Below are positions 30,341-41,212 of a stretch of 64,000 nt of DNA, in pieces. The position numbers were made by a program, and so were the translations under genes. The notes under the pieces are model-generated. The model made no database searches and was not told the origin of the DNA. It was given only the letters and a program-made list of their open reading frames with translations. Origin of the DNA: Verrucomicrobiota bacterium (GTDB lineage: Bacteria; Verrucomicrobiota; Verrucomicrobiia; Limisphaerales; AAA164-E04). The stretch covers positions 2,208,001-2,272,000 of the forward strand of contig CP170459.1 of assembly GCA_047947115.1 (NCBI GenBank), in the 5' to 3' direction. The first letter of the stretch is position 1, and every line of letters starts with the position of its first letter.

Positions 30341-31654
30341 TTACCGGAAAAAGATGAACCACACAATCAAAACGGTCGGGACCATGTAGGGGATGGTGAA
30401 TTTGAACACATATCCCAGAAAACTCGGTGCATGCACTTTCTGCTGGTCGGCGATGGATTTGACCATGAAGTTGGGCCCGTTGCCAATGTAGGTGTTCGCG
30501 CCGAAAAAGACCGCCGCCACACTGATGGCCACGACGTAGGGCATGATCTCCGGTGTGTCAATCAGATGGTGAATCTGCGCATGTTCCGTCAACGCCGACG
30601 GGTCAATGCCCATGGCTTGCGCCGTGGCAAACTTACCAATGATGGCACTCAGAAAGCTCAGGTAGGTCGGCGCGTTGTCCAATACACCGGACAGTAGACC
30701 GGTTCCCCAATAGAAAATACTTGGAGAAGTGTGCTCCATGGCGCTTGCGTTGGCCTGAAGCCAATCGAGCGCGGGCATCATGGTCGAGAAGATGCCGACG
30801 AACAGAATGGCCACTTCCTGAATGGGATGGAAATTGAAATGATTCGACTCATGGATGGATTTCTTGGTGAGGAAATACGAACCCAAGGCGGCTCCAACCA
30901 TCAAGGCTTCACGTAAAAACAGTGGCTTCGGTATGAAGACGGCTCCAAGAATGATTCCCAGAAATACCAGATTGATCAAACCATCAAAACGCCACTGGTC
31001 GGGTGGTTCGGCGATTTCTTCACGGACTTCTTTGGGCGCTTTACGATAGTTGATTAAATCCACCACGTAGAACATGGCCAGCAAAGTGCCAATTCCAACC
31101 AACCACATAGGCCAGCAATGTTCCAATACCCACCAGAAGGGGATTCCTTTCAAGAAGCCCAGAAACAGCGGAGGATCCCCGATGGGGGTCAAACAACCGC
31201 CTACGTTGGATACAATGAAGATGAAAAAGACAATATGATGCGCTGTGATGCGGTATTTGTTCATCCGTATCCAGGGGCGTATCAATAGCATGGAGGCTCC
31301 TGTGGTTCCCAGCACATTGGCGATCACAGCTCCAAACAGGAGAAACAGGACGTTGTTGTGCGGTGTCGCTTCCCCTTTGACATTGATATGAATCCCGCCT
31401 GACACGACGTACAGCGATCCAACCAAGGCGATGAACTGCACGTACTCAATGGCTGTGTGCGCGATTCTCTCCGTGGCATGTAATCCAAAGAAATAATAAA
31501 CCAAGGTAATCGACCCCAGCACGTATGCCAACTTGGGATAATGTTTCTCCCACCAATGCAGAAAGAACAACGGCCCCAGGGCAATTGTTGCAAGCAACAG
31601 CCCAAACGGCAGCATCATCCAAGGATTCGGTATTATGGCTTCGCCATGTCCCAT
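30341..31654 (-). CDS. Putative sodium:proton antiporter (ion transporter superfamily)
   Basis: GTTGASMLLIRP, NVGGCLTPIGDPPLFLG, LDNAPTY, TYIGNGPNFMVK. Multi-TM. Confidence 0.85.
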   Translation of the reverse strand: MGHGEAIIPNPWMMLPFGLLLATIALGPLFFLHWWEKHYPKLAYVLGSITLVYYFFGLHATERIAHTAIEYVQFIALVGSLYVVSGGIHINVKGEATPHNNVLFLLFGAVIANVLGTTGASMLLIRPWIRMNKYRITAHHIVFFIFIVSNVGGCLTPIGDPPLFLGFLKGIPFWWVLEHCWPMWLVGIGTLLAMFYVVDLINYRKAPKEVREEIAEPPDQWRFDGLINLVFLGIILGAVFIPKPLFLREALMVGAALGSYFLTKKSIHESNHFNFHPIQEVAILFVGIFSTMMPALDWLQANASAMEHTSPSIFYWGTGLLSGVLDNAPTYLSFLSAIIGKFATAQAMGIDPSALTEHAQIHHLIDTPEIMPYVVAISVAAVFFGANTYIGNGPNFMVKSIADQQKVHAPSFLGYVFKFTIPYMVPTVLIVWFIFFR

Positions 31655-31891
31655 AAGCGCGCAATAGTTACTATCCCTTTCTTGGTCAGGTCAAATGCTT
31701 TTGGCCTTTTTTTGCCGAATCGGTGGTTTGTTCAGGCGGTTTGCGGTCTGTTTCATGGTGTTCAGGCCTTGTGATTTGTCTTTGTTCATCACGAAGTCAA
31801 GAAGTGCACAAAGTTTGCAATTGGTTTTGTTGTAGGTGGTTAGTTTGTGTGTGCGTTGCGCGGGTGCTGCCTGGGAATTGAGTTGTTTAGA

Positions 31892-32584
31892 TTAAAGGTT
31901 GGCCGGTTTTGTTCCGAGGAGTAGGGATTCAATGGTTTCGTAGTCTTTCACGACAAAATCGGCCTGATTGAGGCTGTTTGCGTCCAGACTGTTGGTAATG
32001 GCGATCACTTGCATGCCCGCGGCCTTTCCTGCTTGGACACCAGCTGCCGAATCTTCAATCACGCATATTTTTTCGGGAGGTTCTCCCATGTCTTTGGCTG
32101 CCTTTAGGAAGACGTCCGGAGCGGGTTTGCCACGGGGAACGTCCTGAATACTGACCACGGTGGGAAAAAAGCGCCTGAGATCCTGGAGTTCGAGGACCGC
32201 GTCGATGACCGGGTGCAACGAACCGGATGCCACCGAGAGGGTGAAGTGCCTGGAGAGTTTTTCGACAAGCTCCGGAAGGGTTTCGAAAATGGGTTCTTCG
32301 GATCGAATCAGATCGATCAGTCGATCCTGCTTGCGTTGGGTCAGGTCTTCGATCGAAAAGGGTGGTTTGTGCAGATCCATAAAATCCACCCAGACCGATT
32401 GATCCGATTTGCCCAGGTATTTTTCAAACTGAATGCCGTGGATGTCCGCGTAGCCGATCTCATGAAAGACTTCCATGAATGCCTGTTGATGACGGGGCTC
32501 GCTGTCGACGATGACACCGTCCATGTCAAAGATGACGCCGGTGATGTGTTCTAGAGAAGGGTGAGGGGATGTTTCTGATGCCAT
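31892..32584 (-). CDS. HAD family phosphatase (beta-PGM/CbbY-like)
   Basis: IFDMDGVIVDSE, KPAPDVF, IEDS..G..AG..AGM. Confidence 0.92.
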   Translation of the reverse strand: MASETSPHPSLEHITGVIFDMDGVIVDSEPRHQQAFMEVFHEIGYADIHGIQFEKYLGKSDQSVWVDFMDLHKPPFSIEDLTQRKQDRLIDLIRSEEPIFETLPELVEKLSRHFTLSVASGSLHPVIDAVLELQDLRRFFPTVVSIQDVPRGKPAPDVFLKAAKDMGEPPEKICVIEDSAAGVQAGKAAGMQVIAITNSLDANSLNQADFVVKDYETIESLLLGTKPANL

Positions 32585-32618
32585 GATGTGGATATCGGAT
32601 TGGGGGTCGCTTGTTACT

Positions 32619-33029
32619 TTAGTTGCCCAAATTGACGATGCGTTTGAATTCTGCCGCGGTCAAGGGCATGACTGAAAGACGAGAATGCCGGACCAATGCG
32701 ACTTCGCTCAACTCCGGATCTTCCTTGATCTGTGCCAGTGAGACCGGGTGCTTGAGCGGTTTGACCGGCGAAATGTCTACCGCAGACCAGTCACCTTTCT
32801 CGGCGGTTGTATCAGGATAATGTTCTTTGACCACCTCGGCGATTCCCATCACGCATTTGCCGGTGACGCTGTGATAATACAGCACCTGATCGCCTTTTTT
32901 CATGGCACGCAGGTTGTTTCGCGCCTGGTAATTGCGCACGCCTGACCAATTTGTCACGCCATCCGCGACGAACTGATCCCACGCATAAGCCTCCGGTTCC
33001 TGTTTCACCAACCAATAATTCATAGCCAT
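32619..33029 (-). CDS. EVE domain protein
   Basis: YWLVKQEP, WSGVRNYQARN, RLSVMP. Confidence 0.93.
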   Translation of the reverse strand: MAMNYWLVKQEPEAYAWDQFVADGVTNWSGVRNYQARNNLRAMKKGDQVLYYHSVTGKCVMGIAEVVKEHYPDTTAEKGDWSAVDISPVKPLKHPVSLAQIKEDPELSEVALVRHSRLSVMPLTAAEFKRIVNLGN

Positions 33030-33164
33030 AAGACACCCTATTTCAGAGGGGATCGAAGATTTTGCAACGAAAAGTTTTTTGATTTTTAGACGGGATGATT
33101 CCCTTAAATTGGGTAGGCACTGGTGTATGTCGGATTCTGATATAGCGTCGTTTCAGGTGGTATG

Positions 33165-33350
33165 GGTAGAACGTGCCATCCTCGGCGCGTCATCCCTTAG
33201 GTTTCCATAAGCAAAATAAATTCAGAAAGGTAAGCCAAAAACCATCCAACCTCCCACCTCATCCTGAACATCCTGTTCATCTCGCAGATCCCGCGACTGC
33301 GGCGACTGTCAAAAAAAATCTGTGAAAATCGGCGCCATCTGCGGTTAAAA
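33165..33350. repeat. Solo REP plus period-9 intergenic repeats
   Basis: GTAGAACGTGCCATCCTCGGCGCGTC; CATCCTGAA CATCCTGTT CATC[24-nt insert]CTGTC; AATCTGTGAAAATCGGCGCCATCTGCGGTTAAAA. Confidence 0.6.
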
Positions 33351-33363
33351 AAAGAAAAACACC

Positions 33364-34029
33364 TCAATTCCCGTCCCTGGCGCCCATGTCGATCCGCCAG
33401 AGCTTGCGTTGGGTGCGCCATGCCATCACCACCAAGCCCATCAGGATGGCCCAGAAAAAGATAGGGACCGTCACAGGCCACCAACTGGTTCCCAAGAACA
33501 CGATGGACGCGTTGAGCACAATCACGATGATACGAATCTCGGTTGGACCGATGCCGAAGAAATAGATCTCGAACTCATTCGTGGCGGCAAAGGACAAAAA
33601 GGAACTCACCATGTAACCGCTTGCCAGCACCAGGATCCCGACAAAATACCAGGTCAAGCCAGGAGGAGAGATCATCATGTAACCCACCACTATGGAAGAC
33701 TGGAAGATGTAGTCCAGAAAGTGGTCCATGTAATAACCCCACTTGATCAGTCCAGTCTTTCGGTAGCGTCCCACGGCGCCGTCGAACAAGTCGCTCAAAT
33801 ACTGAGCAACTACCATCAAAGAAACCAGCCACAGCCAGTTTAGATTGTTCTTTGCCTGCCAGCAAAACACCAGGATCAGGCCGGACCAAAGCAATGTCAG
33901 ATAGGTCAGGTGCCAGGTCTCGATCCAGGGAGGCAATCTTGGAACCCCTTTGTTCCGAAACCGATCCTCCCACCGGGTCATGACCGATGCGCCGACCTTT
34001 TGGTCTCCCTTGAAAACCTGCTTTGCCAT
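33364..34029 (-). CDS. CDP-alcohol phosphatidyltransferase family protein
   Basis: DLFDGAVGR...G..KWGYYMDHFLD signature. Multi-TM. Confidence 0.88.
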   Translation of the reverse strand: MAKQVFKGDQKVGASVMTRWEDRFRNKGVPRLPPWIETWHLTYLTLLWSGLILVFCWQAKNNLNWLWLVSLMVVAQYLSDLFDGAVGRYRKTGLIKWGYYMDHFLDYIFQSSIVVGYMMISPPGLTWYFVGILVLASGYMVSSFLSFAATNEFEIYFFGIGPTEIRIIVIVLNASIVFLGTSWWPVTVPIFFWAILMGLVVMAWRTQRKLWRIDMGARDGN

Positions 34030-34083
34030 GCCCGGACCATAGCTCAGCCCGCGTAGGCACGGTAGAAAAAATTCAAAAAACAC

Positions 34084-34112
34084 TTGCAGGGAGCCCAGAC
34101 ATTTTTTAGTTT
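34084..34112 (+). promoter_or_regulatory. Sigma70-like promoter of tRNA-Arg
   Basis: TTGCAG-N17-TAGTTT, 16 nt upstream of the tRNA. Confidence 0.55.
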
Positions 34113-34128
34113 CTCGCTTCCTATTGGC

Positions 34129-34205
<77 letters not shown>

Positions 34206-34342
34206 TTCTTTTCTAACCGCACCACCGCCGAAGCGGGATCAACGAGATTGCGCCGACTCTCACAGATTTTTTTCTCACTCAGGGGCGTAGGTTTTTTTTG
34301 GTGGTTGGTTTGCTTTGGGTTTTCTAGGGTAGTTTTCATATC

Positions 34343-35717
34343 ATGAGAAGGCATTACCTACTGCTGTTTCTGACCTTTGCGTCTTTCCAAACCGAATGTC
34401 ATTTTCATCTTTGTCGATGATCAGGGCTATTACGATTTGGGGTGTTATGGCGCCACGGAAGTCAGGACTCCGAGAATCGATGCGATGGCGAAGGAGGGCG
34501 TGCGGTTTACGGATTATTATGCGGCGGCTCCGATTTGTAGTCCTTCGCGGGCGGGGTTGTTGACGGGGTGTTATCCTCGGCGGGTGGGGAATCACATCTG
34601 GGTGCATCGGGCGGATTCGCCTTCAGGATTGAATCCCAATGAACACACCATCGCCGAGCTGTTCAAGGGGCAGGGTTATGCGACCGCCTGCATTGGCAAG
34701 TGGCATTTGGGGTTTCGGGAACCGTTTCTTCCGCACAATCAGGGATTCGATCATTATTATGGCTTGCTACATAATCTGGACCCGGTTGAGGTGGTTTATT
34801 TTGGGGATGAGGGGGTGCCGTTGATGCGAAATGGTGAGGTTGTGAAGAGCCCGGCTGATCCGGCGGAATTGACCAGGCTCTACACGGATGAGGCGTTGCA
34901 GTTTATCGCACAAAACAAGGAACATCCGTTCTTTCTCTATCTTCCTCATACAATGCTTCACAATCCCCTCGGAGTGAGTGAAGGTTTCAAGGGGAGTTCG
35001 AATTGGGGGGAATATGGGGATGCGATTCAGGAACTGGATTTTCATGTTGGCCGTATCTTTGATGCGCTGGAGGAGTGGGGGATCGAGCAGAATACCTTTG
35101 TGGTGTATGCCTCGGATAATGGGCGTGGTCCCGGCCGAACACCTGAGCAGAAGATACGGGGGCGAAAGCTGTCAACCTATGAGGGCGGTATTCGTGTGCC
35201 TGCCATTGCGTGGGGGCCGGGCTTGGACGTGAAAAGTGGTCGGGCTACTTCAACTTTGGTGCGTGCCATGGATTGGTATCCGACTCTGGCCACGTTCGCG
35301 GGGATCAAGCTGCCGGAGGGGATTGTTATGGATGGGCGCGATATCAGTCCCCTGCTGAAAGGTGAATCAGACATTGTTCCCTTTCCCGGAAAAAGTGACG
35401 CGCTCAATGGCTCGGTGCCACTTCGGCGAAGGTGGGATCCTACTGGGGAGTGGGCTCCACTTAATTCGAGAGAGGAATACAATGATGCTTTTTTCTATCA
35501 TGGAAGCCAGGGAGCGTTGGCGGCGGTGCGTTGGGAACGTTGGAAGTTGTTTTTGAATCCTGTCCTGCAACTCTACGATCTGGAAGCGGATCCGGGAGAA
35601 TCCAAGCCTGTTCGCAATGGTGCTATTATCCGCAAGTTGCGTGGCATGGCAGTTTTGTTTCAGGAGGAGATGCGATTGGATGCGCGGCCGGCGGGGGAGG
35701 TTTCAGAGGGTCGTTAG
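34343..35717 (+). CDS. Arylsulfatase A-like sulfatase; signal peptide lies in a different frame (apparent indel near 34385)
   Basis: KPNVIFIFVDD, CSPSRAGLLTG, GKWHLG, SDNG, YEGGIRVP. ATG 34343 gives MRRHYLLLFLTFAS, out of frame with the catalytic domain. Confidence 0.88.
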
Positions 35718-35843
35718 TTTTTTGTTCTCACATAAAGACTCCAAGGCACGAAGGTTGATTCATTGGGTAAATGTTTTTGGTGAGGGGGAGATTCTTTTTT
35801 TGGCTGACTTGACCGTTATTTGATTATGGGTGAGGATGTCTTC

Positions 35844-37760
35844 ATGCGATTGTTTCAATCGAATAGAGGCTTGTATTGGGGTGGCCTGTTACTTGCGGGT
35901 TATGGGTTGGGGGGGACTGTGCATGCTGATTCGGAGATTGGGGTGTCGATTGATGCCACTTTGAACGGAGGTGTGGCCTTCATTCAGCAGTATTGCGTGG
36001 ATTGTCATCAGCCTCCCAAGCCCAAGGGTAAGCTTGATCTAAATTCCTACACCACGAGAGAGAGTATCATTGCCGATGGACTTGAATGGGACAAGCATCT
36101 GCATCGTGTGCGTGACGGAGACATGCCGCCGGATGATGAGGACGTTCCAGTGCCGGGAGTGGAGGAGCGTTTGGCGTTTGTCGACTGGGTGCAGTCGACT
36201 TTGCGTGAAGCAGCTTGTGCCGACGGTGTGCAGCCGGGGCCTGCGCTTGTTCGGCGATTGAATCGAAGTGAATATTCCGCTTCCGTCCGGCATTTGCTGG
36301 ATGTTCATTTCGATGCAGGTGAAGCTCTGCCCAGTGACGGAGCAGGGGGGGAGGGATTTGATAATGCCGCTGAAACACTTTTTATTTCTCCCATTCATGC
36401 CGAGAAATACCTTGAAGCCGCGCGATCTGCCGTTGAGTATGGTTTCGCCGACACACGATCCAGTCGTCGTTTTCTGATTGCTCAACCTGACGAAAACACC
36501 AGTCCTCCCGAAGCCGCTCGCAAGGTGTTGGATCGGTTTCTGCCAAATGCCTTTCGTCGACCGGCGACGGATGATGAGATCGGCGAATACATGGCATTGT
36601 TCGAAACTGCTTTTGAAGCGGATGGATCGTTTTCCACCGCCATGCAATTGACGCTTTCAGCGGTGTTGGTTTCTCCGAAATTTCTTTTCATCATGGAAGA
36701 GCCTGTCGAAGGTGCCGAGCCTGTGCCTTTGGTGGGGCACGAACTTGCCACGCGCCTGGCCTACTTTCTCTGGGGCGCTCCACCGGATGAACATCTGATG
36801 CAGCTGGCTGCTGAGGGGAAACTGCATGATTCCGAGGTGTTGAGGGGCGAGGTGGTGAGGATGTTGAAGGACCCGCATTCGCGGAAAGTTCGCAATTTTG
36901 CCCAGAACTTTGTCGAGCAATGGCTCGGAACTCGCGCGCTGGGGCGTGAGTTCAAACCGGACGCCTCCATCGAAGGTTATGACTCGGAGTTGGAGGGTGG
37001 GATGAAGTATGAACCGGTTTTCTTCTTCCATGAGGTTCTTACAGAGAACCGTCCTTTGCTGGACTTGATCGATGCGGATTACACCTACATCAACCGTCGC
37101 CTGTCCCGTCACTACAAGGTCAAAGGCGAGTTTCGCGAACAACCCAAACGGGTGGAGATTGCGGATGATCCGCATCGTGGCGGGCTATTGAGCATGGCGG
37201 CCGTGCTGGCAGTCTCCTCTCACCCGCATCGCACCAGTCCTGTGCTGCGTGGTAAATGGATTTTGGAAACTTTAATTGGCGAACCACCACCTCCGCCACC
37301 TCCCAACGTTCCCTTGCTGGAGGAAGACTCCGAAACGGCACAGCCTCAGCCTCTGCGTGAACGACTGGAAAAACACCGCGAGGATCCAACTTGTGCCACG
37401 TGTCATGACCGGATCGATCCTTTGGGATTTAGTTTGGAAAATTACGATGTGCTTGGAAGGTGGCGGGATACCGTTGGCGATCAAAAAGTGGATGCCAGAG
37501 CCACCATGCCCGATGGCACCGAATTTGAAGGGCCAGAGCAATTGAAACAAATTCTGATGGATCGGAAGGATCAAATCGTGCGGCATCTGACCAAAAAAAT
37601 GCTGGGTTACGCGCTTGGTCGCGGTTTGACCTATGAAGATTATTGTACGGTGGATCAGATCGTGGAGGATCTTAAGGCCAATGGCTATGCCTCACATCGC
37701 ATGTTGATGGGCATTGTCGAAAGCGTTCCTTTCCGATATAAAGCTGCACCAAGACAGTAA
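35844..37760 (+). CDS. Cytochrome c + DUF1587/1595/1592/1588/1585 (PSD2-5/PSCyt3) protein
   Basis: CVDCH, RRLNRSEY, GFDN, RLAYFLW..PPD, TSPVLRGKWI, CATCH..IDPLGF.LENYD..GRWR. Confidence 0.92.
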   Translation: MRLFQSNRGLYWGGLLLAGYGLGGTVHADSEIGVSIDATLNGGVAFIQQYCVDCHQPPKPKGKLDLNSYTTRESIIADGLEWDKHLHRVRDGDMPPDDEDVPVPGVEERLAFVDWVQSTLREAACADGVQPGPALVRRLNRSEYSASVRHLLDVHFDAGEALPSDGAGGEGFDNAAETLFISPIHAEKYLEAARSAVEYGFADTRSSRRFLIAQPDENTSPPEAARKVLDRFLPNAFRRPATDDEIGEYMALFETAFEADGSFSTAMQLTLSAVLVSPKFLFIMEEPVEGAEPVPLVGHELATRLAYFLWGAPPDEHLMQLAAEGKLHDSEVLRGEVVRMLKDPHSRKVRNFAQNFVEQWLGTRALGREFKPDASIEGYDSELEGGMKYEPVFFFHEVLTENRPLLDLIDADYTYINRRLSRHYKVKGEFREQPKRVEIADDPHRGGLLSMAAVLAVSSHPHRTSPVLRGKWILETLIGEPPPPPPPNVPLLEEDSETAQPQPLRERLEKHREDPTCATCHDRIDPLGFSLENYDVLGRWRDTVGDQKVDARATMPDGTEFEGPEQLKQILMDRKDQIVRHLTKKMLGYALGRGLTYEDYCTVDQIVEDLKANGYASHRMLMGIVESVPFRYKAAPRQ

Positions 37761-37784
37761 ATCCAAAACAATTCAGTTGGGTCA

Positions 37785-37936
37785 TCCGCAGATGACTCAG
37801 ATCGACGCAGATTTTTTCTTCATGAGGGAAAATGTAACCATGGTGGGAGGGAGTATCGAATGGTTGTCGTTCAATGCAAAACAGAGTATTGTGTTTCCTG
37901 TAATATCTGCGTTCATCTGTGACATCTGCGGATAAA
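37785..37936. repeat. Inverted pair of period-9 CAGAT/ATCTG intergenic repeats
   Basis: CCGCAGATGACTCAGATCGACGCAGAT ... ATCTGCGTTCATCTGTGACATCTGCGG. Same family as 33318-33346 and 34214-34270. Confidence 0.65.
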
Positions 37937-37953
37937 CAACATAAAACAAGCTT

Positions 37954-39300
37954 ATGCACATCACAGGTCAGACCAAACCCATTTCACGACGTACTTTGCT
38001 TAAAGGAACCGGAGCTGCACTGGCGTTGCCGTGGCTCGAATCCATGATGTCGCCCCGTCTTTTGGCCCAGCCAGAAGAAGGCCCCCGTCGTCTCGGAGTC
38101 TTGTTTCAACCGAATGGGGTTCGCGAAGATCAATGGACACCCGAGGGGGAGGGAACCGATTTCAAACTGTCCAAAACTCTTTCCCCTCTCGAAAGTCTCA
38201 AGGATAAGCTCCTGATCCCTACCAACCTATGGAATCAGGCTAGTAATGTGGGCGATGGCCACTACGTCAAGACCTCCGGTTTTTTGACCTGTCAGACAAT
38301 CAGCAAGTCCCTGGGATTTGATTTGAACAGCAACGGCGTTTCGATGGACCAGATTGCGGCACGCGGCATTGCCGGACAGACACCATTGCCCTCGCTTGAG
38401 TTGGCAATAGCACCGGTGAGTATCGGGGTGGATACCAATGTGGGATACACTCGTGTTTATGGATCGCATATCGCCTGGAGCCGTCCGACGCGACCCTTGG
38501 CCCGGGAGATCAATCCGAGGCTGGTTTTCGAACGATTGTTTCGCATCACGAACCCAAAAGAAGGGGGAAGTCAACAGGATCGGTTGCTCCTGGACCGTGT
38601 ATTGGGGGATGCCAAACAGTTGCAGCGTCGTGTCAGTCAAGAGGATCGCGCGCGAATCGATGATTACCTTGAGTCCGTCCGTGCCCTGGAGCAGCGTGTC
38701 CAGCAGGCCAGTCGACCGGAAGGCGCATCCTGGCAGCCGGCAGTGGACATGGATCCAACCGTCAAACCCGATGGTATTCCCGGGGAGCATGCAGAACATG
38801 TGCGTTTGATGCTCGACATGATGGCGCTGGCTTTTCAGACCGACAGCACGCGTGTCACAACCTTCATGTTTGGGAATGCGGTCAGCAACACCAATTTCTC
38901 GTTTCTGGACGGAGTCAGCTCAGGACACCACAGTGTGTCCCATCACGAAAACAAGGAGGAAAATCTGGTTCAGTACCAATTGATTGCCCAGTGGCACGTG
39001 GAGCAATATGCCTACCTCCTCAACAAACTTCAAAACATGCCCGAAGGGAACGGTACCGTGTTGGATCATTCGATGATCATGTTTGGTTCCGGTTTGCGGG
39101 ACGGCAACAAGCACAGTCCTCGCAACCTGCCCCTCGTGATCGCCGGATCTGCCGGTGGTCGCATCAAGACAGGGCAACATCTGGTGCAGGATCCGAATAC
39201 CCCGCTGGCGAACCTGTATTGCTCCATGCTGGAAGCTTTCGGCACTCCGGTGGAGCAGTTTGGGGACAGCACGGAGAAGCTGCCCGGGGTTTTGGTTTGA
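37954..39300 (+). CDS. DUF1552 (HXXSHH) domain protein, Tat signal
   Basis: SRRTLLKG..AALALPWLE, PNG, LAFQTDSTRV, HHSVSHH. Confidence 0.92.
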   Translation: MHITGQTKPISRRTLLKGTGAALALPWLESMMSPRLLAQPEEGPRRLGVLFQPNGVREDQWTPEGEGTDFKLSKTLSPLESLKDKLLIPTNLWNQASNVGDGHYVKTSGFLTCQTISKSLGFDLNSNGVSMDQIAARGIAGQTPLPSLELAIAPVSIGVDTNVGYTRVYGSHIAWSRPTRPLAREINPRLVFERLFRITNPKEGGSQQDRLLLDRVLGDAKQLQRRVSQEDRARIDDYLESVRALEQRVQQASRPEGASWQPAVDMDPTVKPDGIPGEHAEHVRLMLDMMALAFQTDSTRVTTFMFGNAVSNTNFSFLDGVSSGHHSVSHHENKEENLVQYQLIAQWHVEQYAYLLNKLQNMPEGNGTVLDHSMIMFGSGLRDGNKHSPRNLPLVIAGSAGGRIKTGQHLVQDPNTPLANLYCSMLEAFGTPVEQFGDSTEKLPGVLV

Positions 39301-39351
39301 GTGTTTCTTGGCTTCACTTTGTGAGTCGAAATGGAATTTGGAAGCCATCAG

Positions 39352-39666
39352 GTAGATCGGATCAGCTTGTCCCGCGACTGCGTGGATCTCGATCCACCCA
39401 CGAGCGGTAGCGATGCGGATGTGGGGTGTTCGAAAACCGGAGGCTTCCCGAAACGGAGGCGTTTGGGATATCGAAAGCCACAAGGCGACGTGCCAGGGAC
39501 GGCACGTCCTACCTTGGGGTGGTTCAGGTAGATCGGATCGTCTCGATCCGCCCGCGAGCGGTAGCGATGCGGATGTGGGGTGTTCGAAAACCGGAAGCTT
39601 CCCGAAACGGAGGCGTTTGGGATATCGGAAGTCACAAGGTGACGCGCCAGGGACGGCACGTCCTAC
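39352..39666. repeat. Two tandem REPIN/BIME-like units (139-bp core bounded by inverted GTAG hairpins)
   Basis: Units 39352-39512 (with a 22-nt insert) and 39528-39666. Left end GTAGATCGGATCGTCTCGATCCG, right end GACGYGCCAGGGACGGCACGTCCTAC. Confidence 0.9.
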
Positions 39667-39711
39667 CCAACCAGGATGTTTTACATCCTGGTAAAGATTG
39701 AATAAGTACAC

Positions 39712-39737
39712 AAAAAAGCGGCCCCGAGGGGCCGCTG
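39712..39737 (-). terminator. Rho-independent terminator of fbaA
   Basis: AAAAAAGCGGCCCC-GA-GGGGCCGCT on the plus strand. Confidence 0.8.
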
Positions 39738-39768
39738 TGAAAATTGGATATGAATTGTCAGGCAATGC

Positions 39769-40803
39769 TTACACGTCTCCGAAGATGGATTTGCCATCGG
39801 AGCGAAGGTCGCTGCAGGCTTCGGCGATGCGGTCGGCCATGCCTTTTTCACCGGCTTTCAGATAGCTGCGAGGATCATAGACTTTCTTGTTCCCGATTTC
39901 ACCGTCAACCTTGAGCACTCCGTCGTAGTTCTTGTAGAAATGATCGGCGATCGGGCGGGTGAAGGCGTATTGGGTGTCGGTATCGACGTTCATTTTCACC
40001 ACACCGTAGTCGAGCGTTTCACGGATTTCAGATAGCAGGCTTCCGCTGCCTCCGTGGAACACGAGGTCCATTTCGGCGCTGTCACCGTATTTAGCGATCA
40101 CGGCCTGTTGTCCTTGTTTGAGGATTTCAGGACGCAGTTTGACGGCTCCGGGTTTGTAGTGACCATGGACATTGCCGAAAGTGGCGGCGAAGGTGAAGCG
40201 ACCGATCGGGTGCAGCGCTTCGTAAACGGCCAGCATGTCTTCAGGTGTGGTGTAAAGGTGTTCTTCCGGGGTGTCTTCCGTTCCGGCGGCACCGTCTTCT
40301 TCACCTCCCACGACACCGGCTTCCACTTCGAGGATGATCTCGTTTTCAGCGGCCAGTTTGAGGTATTCCTTGGAGAGAGCCAGGTTTTCTTCCAGGGGAA
40401 GAATGGATGCATCCAGCATGTGGTTCTGGAACAGGTTGTTCTCACCTTTTGCACGGCGAGCGGCCGTGGCTTCGATCAAGGGTTTCAGAAAGTCACCGGC
40501 GTTCTTGGGTTGGCAGTGGTCGGTGTTCAGGGCAACGAGCACGTCATATTGTTCAGCCAGGCGATGAGCCGCTTCTGCCAGGATGATGGTTCCTTTGGTG
40601 GCGTCCTTGTTGTTCAAACCGGAGGCAAATTGTCCCGCGCCGGTGGAAAACTGGATGATGCCGTCGGATTTCATATCCGCAAAGGCTTTGAAGGCCGCGT
40701 TGAGCGTCATGATGCTCGTACAATTGATGGCCGGGTAGGCGTAGGAACCCTTCTGCGCTGCGTCCAACATAGCAGCGAATTGCTTGGGAGTGGCTATAGG
40801 CAT
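39769..40803 (-). CDS. fbaA: Fructose-bisphosphate aldolase class II
   Basis: TDHC, EVEAGVVGGEEDG, FGNVHG, VFHGGSGS, KMNVDTD, YDPRSYL. Confidence 0.96.
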   Translation of the reverse strand: MPIATPKQFAAMLDAAQKGSYAYPAINCTSIMTLNAAFKAFADMKSDGIIQFSTGAGQFASGLNNKDATKGTIILAEAAHRLAEQYDVLVALNTDHCQPKNAGDFLKPLIEATAARRAKGENNLFQNHMLDASILPLEENLALSKEYLKLAAENEIILEVEAGVVGGEEDGAAGTEDTPEEHLYTTPEDMLAVYEALHPIGRFTFAATFGNVHGHYKPGAVKLRPEILKQGQQAVIAKYGDSAEMDLVFHGGSGSLLSEIRETLDYGVVKMNVDTDTQYAFTRPIADHFYKNYDGVLKVDGEIGNKKVYDPRSYLKAGEKGMADRIAEACSDLRSDGKSIFGDV

Positions 40804-41212
40804 AGAATTATGATGCTAATAATTATTCGATTTCTGATTCAAAAACCCCAAATTGGGGCTAGTTCAAGCGTTTAATTTAGGTCAGGACACCGCAAATGAA
40901 AGCAAAAAAATTGCAATCAAAACCGTCCGTGACGCAGTTCAAAAATTAGAAAACCACTATCGGGGGAGTCATCCTGCATGCGGGACTTACTCCCACTCCA
41001 AGACTCAGGGTTTTGGAACCATTTTTCGGCCACGATGGAAACGCCATAGTCGTTCGATCAACTTCCGTCTTCCCTCCTTCCATTTCTGGTGGTCGGGAGT
41101 GTCTCGAGGAAAAAGTTAGGGACCGGACGGAACCGATCCCTCCATACTCCAAAATCTTCTGTTACTGGGCCTCCGTTTTTGGTTAGGTAACCACTTTCCC
41201 AGTAGCATCATT

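Noticed and set aside
32619..33029. EVE protein as part of a modification-dependent defence system
   Set aside because: Stand-alone EVE in a housekeeping context with no nuclease or ATPase partner.
38920..39765. ORFs with internal peptide repeats across 39.3-39.7 kb
   Set aside because: These are translations of the non-coding REPIN units.
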